Source of the DNA: Candidatus Poriferihabitaceae bacterium
GTDB taxonomy: Bacteria > Pseudomonadota > Gammaproteobacteria > Arenicellales > Poriferihabitantaceae
Reading direction: 5' to 3'
Length of the DNA stretch: 64,000 bases
Assembly (NCBI GenBank): GCA_965261915.1
Contig: CBDHDW010000013.1
Coordinates: forward strand, 320,491-384,490
Position 1 is the stretch's first letter; every line of letters starts with the position of its first letter. Shown piece after piece: positions 19,172 through 28,573 of the stretch. The notes below the pieces were generated by a model that had not been told where the DNA came from, did no database searches, and saw only the letters and a list, made by a program, of their open reading frames with translations. Both the position numbers and the translations under genes were made by a program.

Positions 19172-19429
19172 GGTCGGATAGTAGCAAATTAAGCTTCAAT
19201 TCCCGAATAATTTAAAGCGGTGCAGATTTTGGCGGCGTAGAATATTTTATTGAAAAGCAAACAGGTCAGATTTGTTTTTATGACTTTAATCGGTATTCGA
19301 ACTTTGTATCGAACGGGCAGGATTTATTGGGGTTTTCGCCGGAAGGCAGATTTGTCGAGTTCGTGCTTGATCGCTCGGGAAGAATCGATTTACAACTTTA
19401 ACCAATAGCGATATCTGTTTCGTATTCAG

Positions 19430-20659
19430 TCAATCTTTTTTCGATTGATATTGTTCGAGCATCAGATGGTAGCAGCTAAAGGCTGCACAGGAAGAGAACA
19501 GGAAGTAGTGGTAGTCTATCAGACGAAATAAGTAGTGAATTTCATCGTCCCCGGGCGAGAGAAATGCCATCACCACAAGCAAAATAGCTAAATGGTTTAA
19601 TACGGTTTTAACGGGTGAATGCAGGTATTTGAAACAAAACAGTGCCGTCAAACTCCATGGGATAAATATAGCTGACCAGGAGGTAAATGGTTCCAGAAAC
19701 CATTCCCACTCCGTTAAAAAGTAACCATTTAGGAATCTGATAAAATTGAAGGATTGAAAAAGTGATGTCGTAATCAGAACGTAGCCCAACAGTGTCCATA
19801 AAATGCCCTTGCCGGATCGCCCTTGATTGAGACAATAAAGACCCAGGCATAAAAATAACAGCACAGGATATAAGGCGGTAATGTTTCCTTCCCCGGTGAC
19901 AAAAGGAAACAGGTAAAAGTTGGGAATGACAAAAAATACAACCAGCGTGATCTGAGCGGAAAAGACCAGATACATTGCCATCGGGTTTTTGAAAAGGAGT
20001 TGAATTACCGCGGAAAGAGAACTTAATCGGATGTCGGTGTGTTGCTGTGTGCAGTCTGAGCTATTCAAATACGCAATCAATCCCGCCATGACAAGCAATC
20101 CTATGGCGACCAGTTCGATGCTTTCTTCAACAATCAACCTCAAGCGTTGATAATAGGAGTTGGCTTCAACATTGTGTTCGACGTATTCAAGACCGGCCAC
20201 GGCGGCAAATATAAACACCCCCAGGAGTATTAATGAAGCGGGTAACCGCATTTCCTGGTAACGCATTAATCTCAATAATGGCCAGCCAAATCCGGCACCG
20301 AGTATCAAGGCAAACGGCAGCAATCCTAGCCATCCACCAAATAACGATACGGTTTCATGCAAAGAACCAATTTCATCCATAAAAAGGGCGAGCGCTACAG
20401 CACCCAGTATAGTCCAGGGGGTTCTTTTTTCTTCATCAAGCTGGGCTATCCGGAAGTAAATCAATGCGGCGAGAGCCAGACAAACTCCTGACCACCACGC
20501 AGCATAATTCCTTTCATAGGACAGTCCGAGCGCTCTATAGGTTGCTACTTTCCACGGTGTCATGCCCATGTAAAAGTAGTGATACATGCAGAGGATGAAA
20601 AACAGGTGAATTGCCCATATCCACCCCCATCGTCTCATGAGTAATAGTGCCGTTCTCAT
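19430..20659 (-). CDS. Uncharacterised polytopic membrane protein
   Basis: About 10-12 TM segments. The preferred start is ATG 20659, which forms an ATGA overlap with the upstream stop. No family recognised. Confidence 0.55.
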   Translation of the reverse strand: MRTALLLMRRWGWIWAIHLFFILCMYHYFYMGMTPWKVATYRALGLSYERNYAAWWSGVCLALAALIYFRIAQLDEEKRTPWTILGAVALALFMDEIGSLHETVSLFGGWLGLLPFALILGAGFGWPLLRLMRYQEMRLPASLILLGVFIFAAVAGLEYVEHNVEANSYYQRLRLIVEESIELVAIGLLVMAGLIAYLNSSDCTQQHTDIRLSSLSAVIQLLFKNPMAMYLVFSAQITLVVFFVIPNFYLFPFVTGEGNITALYPVLLFLCLGLYCLNQGRSGKGILWTLLGYVLITTSLFQSFNFIRFLNGYFLTEWEWFLEPFTSWSAIFIPWSLTALFCFKYLHSPVKTVLNHLAILLVVMAFLSPGDDEIHYLFRLIDYHYFLFSSCAAFSCYHLMLEQYQSKKD

Positions 20660-21696
20660 TGGATGTTTTCCATCACGTTTCTGGGGCGCCAACTGACAGC
20701 AACCCAGAATATGAAAAGCCACAGCAACAATCTGACAGCCTTGATTGTTGCCTTATCTTTCAATGAAATGCCGGTCTGCGGCATCTGCGGCAATTGTATC
20801 CAGATGGATTCGTTTTGCCATAAGTTTTCAATGCGCATTCCGCCAATTTCCGGATAACTGACATCTGCGGTATCACTGGAAGGCAGCGGTTTAAGATTCG
20901 ACATGTTGGCTTCGCCAACTTTGAACAATGTTTTCTTGAACAATCCAAGGGCATGGCTGTACTGTACATCCTGTAGAACGTAAATAATCCGATCCTGGTC
21001 ACTGGTGATTTTTAAAAGCGGCGCAGATTCATTTGGGGTAGGTTGGTACTCGGCACTTAGCGGTATTTCCATTTCCTTGTCACTCCGCAGCCGTTGGTAA
21101 TAATGAGAGCTTAGCACCGGAGTGTCCTTGGTATCCTGGTAGATAGTAAAATGGGCCTGTGGAGAAAGGCTGGGCAGTTTAATGGAAATTCGATTTATAT
21201 CGACGGGCTGCAGCAACAATGCAGCAGAAACCAACCCGGCAATTATCCATTTTTCGTTTTTGCCGTGCTCTGCAATTCGAAATAATCCGGCGGATAGATA
21301 GAGTATCAGAATCCACGATGCCAGGAAAAACGCGGTTCCAGTGTTATTTAAAAAAACAATGGAACCCATAGCGGCAATACTGCTGCCGCCAATAAGCGTT
21401 GTTCTGATCCGGTTCGAAAATGTGGTATTGGGTATTGACTGAAGATGAACAAACGCCAACGCCGCAACCAGAGGAATCCACCAGATAAGATAGAACAATG
21501 AGTGGCCGGGTTGAAAAAACAGGAAAAGTGCAGCAAGCCCAAGCGCAATTCCATAAGCTAATTTTTTCTTGTGCGGGCATTGCTCGAAAACAAGTCCGCG
21601 CTCACTCGCCAGTTCTGCTACTTCTTCGTCGCGGATAAATACATTTTTCCAGCCATCCAGCATGTTACGCAGTTGATCGAGGTTTTTATCCGTCAC
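20656..21696 (-). CDS. Uncharacterised membrane protein with a ~150-aa non-membrane domain and a C-terminal TM
   Basis: A soluble N-terminus is followed by 4-5 TM segments, a hydrophilic domain and a terminal TM. No family recognised. Confidence 0.55.
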   Translation of the reverse strand: MTDKNLDQLRNMLDGWKNVFIRDEEVAELASERGLVFEQCPHKKKLAYGIALGLAALFLFFQPGHSLFYLIWWIPLVAALAFVHLQSIPNTTFSNRIRTTLIGGSSIAAMGSIVFLNNTGTAFFLASWILILYLSAGLFRIAEHGKNEKWIIAGLVSAALLLQPVDINRISIKLPSLSPQAHFTIYQDTKDTPVLSSHYYQRLRSDKEMEIPLSAEYQPTPNESAPLLKITSDQDRIIYVLQDVQYSHALGLFKKTLFKVGEANMSNLKPLPSSDTADVSYPEIGGMRIENLWQNESIWIQLPQMPQTGISLKDKATIKAVRLLLWLFIFWVAVSWRPRNVMENIQ

Positions 21697-22020
21697 AGCT
21701 AATTATTCCCGGGTAGACTAAAGAATCTCAAAATGTGCATTTTTAGGTTTATTGCCGTAAATTGAGGTAATGTTGAATTTTATCCACGGATGCCGCTGAA
21801 AACAACTTGCCAAGCCCGTTCTTTATGGATTTCAAAAGTTAAGAAATACTGATACTGAGTTCGCTGTATTCTAACTGGCTACTTTGCGAAAATACAGGGT
21901 AATTTTAGTGGTTTTAGATAAGGCGATTTCAATATCAGTGCAGTTGGTTGCGCCAACCTGGATTGCGATAAAGCTAAACCTTTTACGAATTTAGTCCAAT
22001 CGATGAGTTAGTTTATTTTT

Positions 22021-24333
22021 ATGAGTTTTCAAAAAGTAGCCGTTATAGGGGCGGGAACGATGGGTGCCGGTATTGCCGGGCAAGTTGCGAACGCGGGTAT
22101 TGATGTTTTATTGATGGATTTGCCTGCAGACGGCGACAATGTTAATGCCGTGGCTGAACGGGGCTTTAAACGGCTATTAGATCCCGCTCAACCAGGTTTG
22201 ATGGACAAATCTGCCGGGCAGAGGATTACGCTGGGTAATATTCGCGATGATTTCGAGAAACTCGCTGAATGTGACTGGATTGCTGAGGCTGTTGTTGAAA
22301 GACTTGATATTAAAAAAGATCTTTATCAACGCTTGAACGATACCTGCAGTGATAGCGCGATCATCACTTCCAATACTTCGACTATCCCGATCAAGCTGCT
22401 CATCGAAGATATGCCGAAATCTTTCCAAAAGCGATTCGCCATAACGCATTTCTTTAACCCCGTTCGCTTTATGCGCTTATTGGAATTGGTTCGCGGACAG
22501 TCAACTGATCCCGCAGTGATCGATAAACTGGATGCGTTTTGTGAACAGCAGCTGGGCAAGGGGGTCGTCAGGTGTCTGGATACGCCGGGGTTTTTAGGTA
22601 ACAGGGTTGGAGTTTACGCAATTCAGTGCGCACTGAATTCAGCGATTCGCCTAAATCTATCAGCAGGGGAAGCCGATGCAATTTTCGGCAGACCCATGGG
22701 TATTCCAAAAACCGGAGTGTTTGGTTTATACGATTTAATCGGTATTGATTTGATGGCCGATGTCGTAAAAAGCCTTGTGAATATTCTTCCTGAGGACGAT
22801 GCGTTTCATGAAGAGGCGGCAGCGATTCCGCTGATGACGAGAATGATTGCTAACGGCCAAACAGGAAACAAGCAGAAACAGGGATTTTACCGTCAGCAAG
22901 AAAATTCAAATGACCGGTATGTGTTGAACCGTGAAACAGAAGAGTATGAGTTATTCGAGCGTATTAACTTGCCGTTGGCCGAAAGGGCAGAAAAAGACGG
23001 AATTAGAAAGCTGCTCGAAGACGATACTGTTTATGCTGAGTTTGCATGGCAGGTATTGTCAAAAACGTTGTGCTATGCGGCCTCGCTGGTTCCAGAGGTT
23101 GGTGACGATCCTGTGGCCATCGATGATGCGATGAAACTGGGTTATAACTGGATTCAGGGGCCTTTTGAGATGATCGACTCGATTGGTGCCGATACCATCA
23201 TTGATCGCCTGGAGTCTGAAGGCAGAAAGGTTCCGTCATTTCTGAAGAAAATCCGTGGCACCGGCTTTTACAAAATTGTTGATGGTGAGCTGAAGGTGGC
23301 TTCAATGAGTGGCGAGCGTGTCTCAATTGTTCGTCCCGAAGGCGTAGTTCGATTTAACGAGAAGAAACAGGGTATTGCCCCCGTTGAAAGTAACGCTATG
23401 GCTAGTTGGTATGCGCTTGACGATGTCGCGGTAGTGGAGTTTCATAGCAAAGCAAACGCGTTAGACGGTGATTCCATGACGATTTTGGATAGTGCGCTTG
23501 AAAATCTTTCTGCTCATGGCTTGCACGGGCTTTTGGTACACAATGATGCCCAGCATTTTTCTTGCGGTGTCAATTTGGGTGCCGTTCGTGAGTTCTTTAA
23601 AGCAGATGATCTGGATGGTTTAGATCATTTTCTCGATGACTTCCAAAAGACGTGTCTAAAAATGCGGCAAGCCGCATTTGCGGTAGTTGTTGCACCGGTA
23701 GGGTTGTCTCTCGGCGGCGGTTTCGAGGTTGTGCTGCATGGAAAGCAGGTAATCAGTCATGCCAATTCTGTTATGGGACTGGTGGAATCTCTGGTCGGTG
23801 TCGTTCCTTCGGGTGGTGGATGTAAAGAGATGCTTTATCGCTGGAAAGATAAACTTGCACTCGGAGAAGATATTGCCGATGCGAGCTGGAAGGCGTTTAT
23901 GAATACGGGATACGGCAAAACTGCTACTTCGCCGCCGCTTGCAGGTGGTTTGGCAATGATACGTGAAAATGATCGTTATGAAATTAATCGCGACCGCATC
24001 TATGAATCAGCTGTAAAAGCGGTTAAGCAGGCATCAGGTCAGCAGCTATTTGATCGGCCCGCGCTCAATATGCCGGGCGCTGATGTATTTGAAAAAATGG
24101 TGGCATGGCTCGTTAAGGCTGGCGAAGATGGTATTCTGACACCCCATGATGTCACCACAGGAACCGAAATTGCCCGTATCATGTCTGGGGGTGAGATTGA
24201 CCCCGGAACCGTCTGGACCGAACAGGACCTGTATGATGCCGAAAGAAGTTCATTTTTAACGCTCGTGCAAACACCAGAAACTCAGGCCAGGATAAACAAT
24301 ATGCTGGATTTTGGTAAAGCGTTGAGAAACTGA
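22021..24333 (+). CDS. 3-hydroxyacyl-CoA dehydrogenase / enoyl-CoA hydratase family fusion protein
   Basis: N-terminal Rossmann VAVIGAGTMGAGIA with a 3HCDH domain, and a C-terminal crotonase-like region. 770 aa. Confidence 0.85.
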   Translation: MSFQKVAVIGAGTMGAGIAGQVANAGIDVLLMDLPADGDNVNAVAERGFKRLLDPAQPGLMDKSAGQRITLGNIRDDFEKLAECDWIAEAVVERLDIKKDLYQRLNDTCSDSAIITSNTSTIPIKLLIEDMPKSFQKRFAITHFFNPVRFMRLLELVRGQSTDPAVIDKLDAFCEQQLGKGVVRCLDTPGFLGNRVGVYAIQCALNSAIRLNLSAGEADAIFGRPMGIPKTGVFGLYDLIGIDLMADVVKSLVNILPEDDAFHEEAAAIPLMTRMIANGQTGNKQKQGFYRQQENSNDRYVLNRETEEYELFERINLPLAERAEKDGIRKLLEDDTVYAEFAWQVLSKTLCYAASLVPEVGDDPVAIDDAMKLGYNWIQGPFEMIDSIGADTIIDRLESEGRKVPSFLKKIRGTGFYKIVDGELKVASMSGERVSIVRPEGVVRFNEKKQGIAPVESNAMASWYALDDVAVVEFHSKANALDGDSMTILDSALENLSAHGLHGLLVHNDAQHFSCGVNLGAVREFFKADDLDGLDHFLDDFQKTCLKMRQAAFAVVVAPVGLSLGGGFEVVLHGKQVISHANSVMGLVESLVGVVPSGGGCKEMLYRWKDKLALGEDIADASWKAFMNTGYGKTATSPPLAGGLAMIRENDRYEINRDRIYESAVKAVKQASGQQLFDRPALNMPGADVFEKMVAWLVKAGEDGILTPHDVTTGTEIARIMSGGEIDPGTVWTEQDLYDAERSSFLTLVQTPETQARINNMLDFGKALRN

Positions 24334-24393
24334 TCAGATTTCAATGAATTTAACAATGGCAGCGATATAATCTGCTTCATAATTGGGAGTAAA

Positions 24394-24564
24394 TTATGTC
24401 TGCCGAATCAGTCGAGCCACTTGTAGGCCCATTTGCCTGGCGATATTGCGGATGAGCTTTGTTTGTGATACGTACCGGGCACTCAATGCATACCAGATAA
24501 CGGCTGCTGTGATTGCCAGTGCCGGAACCAGAAGCATTAGAACAATTCGTTTTACGATAGACAT
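24394..24564 (-). CDS. Small hypothetical single-TM protein (56 aa)
   Basis: MSIVKRIVLMLLVPALAITAAVIWYALSARYV... is a clean hydrophobic helix followed by a basic tail. It is below the ORF-track cutoff and has no homology evidence. Confidence 0.3.
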   Translation of the reverse strand: MSIVKRIVLMLLVPALAITAAVIWYALSARYVSQTKLIRNIARQMGLQVARLIRQT

Positions 24565-24689
24565 GGCGTGCGAGAATCAGTTGTGCAATAATTTACCTGA
24601 CGGGTGTGTTTTATATTCCCTATGCCACCCTCTACACCGTGATAATACTCTGAATAGAATAAGGGTGCTATCTTCAATTTCATAGTGCA

Positions 24690-25030
24690 TTGGAAAAACT
24701 GCTTATTTGCGATGGGTCTTGCCCTGCCTGAAGACTATTTCAGACCATTAACCCACAAGCCAGCCAGCGTTTTGAATGTAAATTACTATCCCTAGTCAAC
24801 TGTATGCGGCATCGATGACTGCGGCATATCCTCGTACTAAAATCCATTCCATACAGGGCGGTTTTCCGTGCGCGACTTATCAGCGTTCACGAAAAAATCT
24901 TAATGAATAGAGATACCCTTAACAGTGGATTGTTGGGATGAACAGCCGAAGTCATTGGTGATGCCCCGTGTTTCTGGTATATTCTATGGGCATCCCGCCT
25001 CGAACAACATGGATATTGACCGCCCAGGCA
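24690..25030 (+). pseudogene. Decayed 2OG-Fe(II) oxygenase, middle and C-terminal part
   Basis: Family landmarks appear in the right order across shifted frames: AMGLALPEDYF...SVLNVNYYP*, then ..HR*LRHILVLK.., ILMNRDTLNSG, and PRVSGIFYGHP. There are several stops and frameshifts. Confidence 0.4.
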
Positions 25031-25040
25031 TAAACCAAAC

Positions 25041-26888
25041 ATGCAAAACCTATTGGAACAATTAAAAACCACGCTACAAAATGATGAGCGGCTGGTCGTC
25101 GATGGTAATTTGGTGAAAAATAAAATCGTTGAGCTGGCACTGGCGATGGATGCGGGATTGCTTGCCTTGTTGCTGGGTAATGAGACCATCAAAAAACAGT
25201 TTTTTAAGCAGGTCGGCGGTGTGCTGGTGTTTGACAAGGTGGCGTTGCAAAGTTTTGTCAGCAACAAACAGTTTCTGCCCGATAGCTATACCGCCTTCAA
25301 GAACAAAATCGGCTTAACGGCAAATGGCGAATATTTAACCGAAAGCCGAGAGGTGGTTTTAGCCTGGCCTTATAAAGATTGTACGCTGGAAGGCGGGCAG
25401 ACTAAAGAGGAGCAGAAACGCAAAGAGATATTCTGGAATGAAACGCTGGCAGCGGATGAGATTGACCGCTTGCTTGACCCGAAGGTATTAACCCATTTCA
25501 AAAAATACGATAAAGACGGCGCGCATAAAGCAGCGCATATCAGCCTTGATGATAACCTGATTATCAAGGGCAATAACCTGCTGGCACTGCATAGCCTGAA
25601 AAAGCAATATGCCGGCAAGGTCAAGCTGATTTATATTGATCCGCCTTATAATACCGGTTCAGATAGTTTTGGTTATAACGACAGTTTTAATCATTCTACC
25701 TGGTTGACTTTTATGCGGAATAGATTGGAAGTTTCAAGGGAATTATTGAGAGGTGATGGGGTTATTTTTGTTCAATGTGATGATAATGAACAGGCTTATC
25801 TGAAGGTGTTGATGGATGAGGTTTTTGGGCGGAAAAATTTTGTTGCGGATTTTATATGGCATCATAGAAAATCATCTCAAAACGATATAGATGTTTCTTT
25901 ATCACATAATTACACACTAACATTTGCAAAAAACAGAAAAAATTTTAAACTAAATATATTGGGAATTGATGGTAATAAATTTTCTAATTTAGATGATGAT
26001 CCCAGAGGCGATTGGGTTGCCGATCCTTTTGACGCACCAAATATTAGAAAAAATTTATCTTATGAGATTACCAACCCAAATACACATAAAATTTATTTAC
26101 CTCCAAAAGGTAGGTGTTGGCGTATGTCAAAAGATAAATACGAACATGCACTAAAAGATAATAGGATTATTTTTGGAAAATCTGGAAAAACAAAACCACA
26201 ATATAAGCGTTTTAAAGATGAAGCAGAAGAAAAAGGACGAAATGCTTATACTATTTGGAATGACACAGGCACAGCAACAGAAGGTACAAAAGAATTAATG
26301 AAGTTATTTGATGACAGAAAATTTACCACACCAAAACCTGAGAAACTTCTACAGAGAATAATAGAAATATCTACAAAAGAAAGCGACATCGTCCTAGACT
26401 ATCACTTAGGCAGTGGCACCACCTGTGCCGTAGCCCATAAAATGGGACGACGTTATATTGGTATTGAACAAATGGATTACATCCACGATGTGACCTGCGA
26501 ACGACTTAAAAAAGTTATTCAGGGCGAACAAGGCGGCATCAGTAAAAGCGTCAACTGGCAAGGTGGCGACTCCTTCACCTACTGCGAACTTGCCCAACAC
26601 AATGCTAATATCATCGATAAAATCGAACAAGCAAAAACGACTCAAGCCTTAACAGAAATCTGGCAAGAAATAGAAAATGCCGATTTTATCAGCTACAAAA
26701 TAAAACCCGAAGTCATCAATAAAAACATTCATGAATTTGCCGCCCTCTCCGTAGCAGAACAAAAACAATTCCTGATTGCCGTGCTGGATAAAAACCAGCT
26801 TTATGTTAATTATTCTGAAATTGATGATGTGGATTATCAAATATCGAATGAAGATAAAGCACTAAACAGGCAGTTTTATGGGGGTTAA
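25041..26888 (+). CDS. mod: Type III R-M DNA methyltransferase (Mod), N6-adenine beta class
   Basis: DPPY motif IV within LIYIDPPYNTGSD (nt 25638-25649), followed by an AT-rich variable TRD. Motif I is DYHLGSGTT. The N- and C-terminal regions are typical of Mod proteins. Confidence 0.92.
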   Translation: MQNLLEQLKTTLQNDERLVVDGNLVKNKIVELALAMDAGLLALLLGNETIKKQFFKQVGGVLVFDKVALQSFVSNKQFLPDSYTAFKNKIGLTANGEYLTESREVVLAWPYKDCTLEGGQTKEEQKRKEIFWNETLAADEIDRLLDPKVLTHFKKYDKDGAHKAAHISLDDNLIIKGNNLLALHSLKKQYAGKVKLIYIDPPYNTGSDSFGYNDSFNHSTWLTFMRNRLEVSRELLRGDGVIFVQCDDNEQAYLKVLMDEVFGRKNFVADFIWHHRKSSQNDIDVSLSHNYTLTFAKNRKNFKLNILGIDGNKFSNLDDDPRGDWVADPFDAPNIRKNLSYEITNPNTHKIYLPPKGRCWRMSKDKYEHALKDNRIIFGKSGKTKPQYKRFKDEAEEKGRNAYTIWNDTGTATEGTKELMKLFDDRKFTTPKPEKLLQRIIEISTKESDIVLDYHLGSGTTCAVAHKMGRRYIGIEQMDYIHDVTCERLKKVIQGEQGGISKSVNWQGGDSFTYCELAQHNANIIDKIEQAKTTQALTEIWQEIENADFISYKIKPEVINKNIHEFAALSVAEQKQFLIAVLDKNQLYVNYSEIDDVDYQISNEDKALNRQFYGG

Positions 26889-26889
26889 T

Positions 26890-28056
26890 ATGATCGAGAA
26901 AATAACAGACCTGCATTTTAAGGCAACAGATTTGGGGGTCATAAGAAGCGGTGAGTTTACGCAGAAACCTTTAACTATTTTCTGTGGACCCAATAATAGT
27001 GGTAAAACCTGGGCAATGTATTCGCTGTATCGCTTTTACCAGACTTCTGAAGCAGCTAGATGGCTGGATAAAGAAGGAAAAGAAAAAGTTTCTTTAGATA
27101 AATTTAACCGCAGAATGTCATCCAGCCTTGACCGTTTATTCAACACTTCGGTAGAAAGCATTCGTAATGCCAAATTTGAGCTTAAAATGGAGACTGCTGA
27201 TTGGGAAGAATTGCGCGAAAATAAACAGAATGATGTTTTCCTTATGCCGGCCGAACGTAATGGCTTGCATTTGTTTTTTCGTGAATTAAGTACTCGTCGC
27301 ACCGCGCTGTTACATCACGCATCTAAAGATAACATTGATATAAATGAACTGTTACGCGATGTTATCAGGTCACGCTACGCCGTTCCAATTGCAAAATATA
27401 TTGACTGGCTGAATAATATGACCGATGCACCAAAATCAAAATCAGCAGATTTTCACGATTATGCACAACAGTTACAAAAAACATTGGCAGGAGGCGTTTA
27501 TAAAATCGATTCCCGAACCGGGGATATCGCCTTTAAGCCCTATCAACGAAAACGTGACGGGGTTAAAACGGAAGCACTGGGCTTACATATCACTTCCAGC
27601 ACGGTTAAAAGTTTATTCGGATTGTGGTTTTATCTGGAGTATCAGGCGGAGAAGGGCGATGTCTTGATGATTGATGAACCCGAGCTAAATATACACCCGG
27701 AGAATCAACGTAAGATAGCGCGTTTATTAGCTCAACTGGTCAATGCGGGCTTAAATGTGGTGATTAGCACCCATAGCGATTATATGGTGCGCGAATTTAA
27801 TTCACTGATTATGCTTAGTCAGGATGAAGATAAAGTATTACGAGAAAAACACCAATACGCCGATAATGAAATACTAACCACCGCACAGGTCGGTGCCTAT
27901 CTATTTGATAAGCAGGAAATTAAACCTTTTGAAATAACAGCAGATGATGGCATTTATGCCACCACGTTTGATGAGGTAATTCGTAAGCTGAACGATACCA
28001 ACGATGACATCTATTACAGCCTGCAGGACAAGAAAGATGAATCAGAAGCTGGCTGA
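26890..28056 (+). CDS. ABC/AAA_15-21-type ATPase embedded between mod and res
   Basis: Walker A GPNNSGKT (26986-27009), Walker B VLMIDEPELNIHP (27661-), and H-loop VISTHSDY. ATG 26890 has GGGGG 5 nt upstream and lies 1 nt after the mod stop. Confidence 0.85.
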   Translation: MIEKITDLHFKATDLGVIRSGEFTQKPLTIFCGPNNSGKTWAMYSLYRFYQTSEAARWLDKEGKEKVSLDKFNRRMSSSLDRLFNTSVESIRNAKFELKMETADWEELRENKQNDVFLMPAERNGLHLFFRELSTRRTALLHHASKDNIDINELLRDVIRSRYAVPIAKYIDWLNNMTDAPKSKSADFHDYAQQLQKTLAGGVYKIDSRTGDIAFKPYQRKRDGVKTEALGLHITSSTVKSLFGLWFYLEYQAEKGDVLMIDEPELNIHPENQRKIARLLAQLVNAGLNVVISTHSDYMVREFNSLIMLSQDEDKVLREKHQYADNEILTTAQVGAYLFDKQEIKPFEITADDGIYATTFDEVIRKLNDTNDDIYYSLQDKKDESEAG

Positions 28057-28573
28057 ATTATTTCAACAAACCATTCATAAAACCCTGCAATTAAACAGAA
28101 AAGGCAGAGACTGGTCGCTCAATGAAGAGCCTACAATAAGAATAAAGGCACCCTGTCGATATTCACTTGGTTTTAGTCTGGACTGTGAACAATATGGTTC
28201 TCTTTTTGGAGGCAACGCACCATTAGATATTGCCAAAATGTGTGATGCGATTATTGTATTGTCCTGTAAAAACAAGGATTATATCTTTGTGATCGAACAA
28301 AAAACCAGATACAAAGATGGTTATAAAAAACAATTAGCCAACGGTAAATATTTTTGTGACTGGCTACTAGCGTTGCTAAAAGAACACAATCACTATAACG
28401 GAAAAGTCGTTTTTATTGGACTGCTGTGCTGGTTACCTCGGGAAAAGTCTTTGCGTAAAGGGGAGACTCGTCATGGAAACTATGTAGAAAAACAGAACAA
28501 CGAAACCCAGTGTGATTTGTTATTTGAGATAAGAAATGAAGCTCACATTTATCTGCAAAAGATCATCAAATGA
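28037..28573 (+). CDS. Small orphan protein with a PD-(D/E)xK-like signature
   Basis: 178 aa from ATG 28037. D70 sits in MCDAIIVL and E87-Q-K89 in YIFVIEQKT, followed by a long helix and a hydrophobic strand (VVFIGLLCW). It overlaps the ATPase stop by 20 nt and the res start by ATGA. Confidence 0.6.
   Translation: MNQKLAELFQQTIHKTLQLNRKGRDWSLNEEPTIRIKAPCRYSLGFSLDCEQYGSLFGGNAPLDIAKMCDAIIVLSCKNKDYIFVIEQKTRYKDGYKKQLANGKYFCDWLLALLKEHNHYNGKVVFIGLLCWLPREKSLRKGETRHGNYVEKQNNETQCDLLFEIRNEAHIYLQKIIK

Noticed and set aside
24383-24685. 100-aa + strand ORF downstream of the FadB-like gene
   Set aside because: It has no motif, an odd composition and no RBS. A shorter minus-strand ORF with a clean TM helix (24394-24564) is at least as plausible. 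Both are low confidence.
25041-26888. Phase-variable simple-sequence repeats in mod, as in phasevarions
   Set aside because: I saw no tetra- or penta-nucleotide tracts or long homopolymers while reading the gene.
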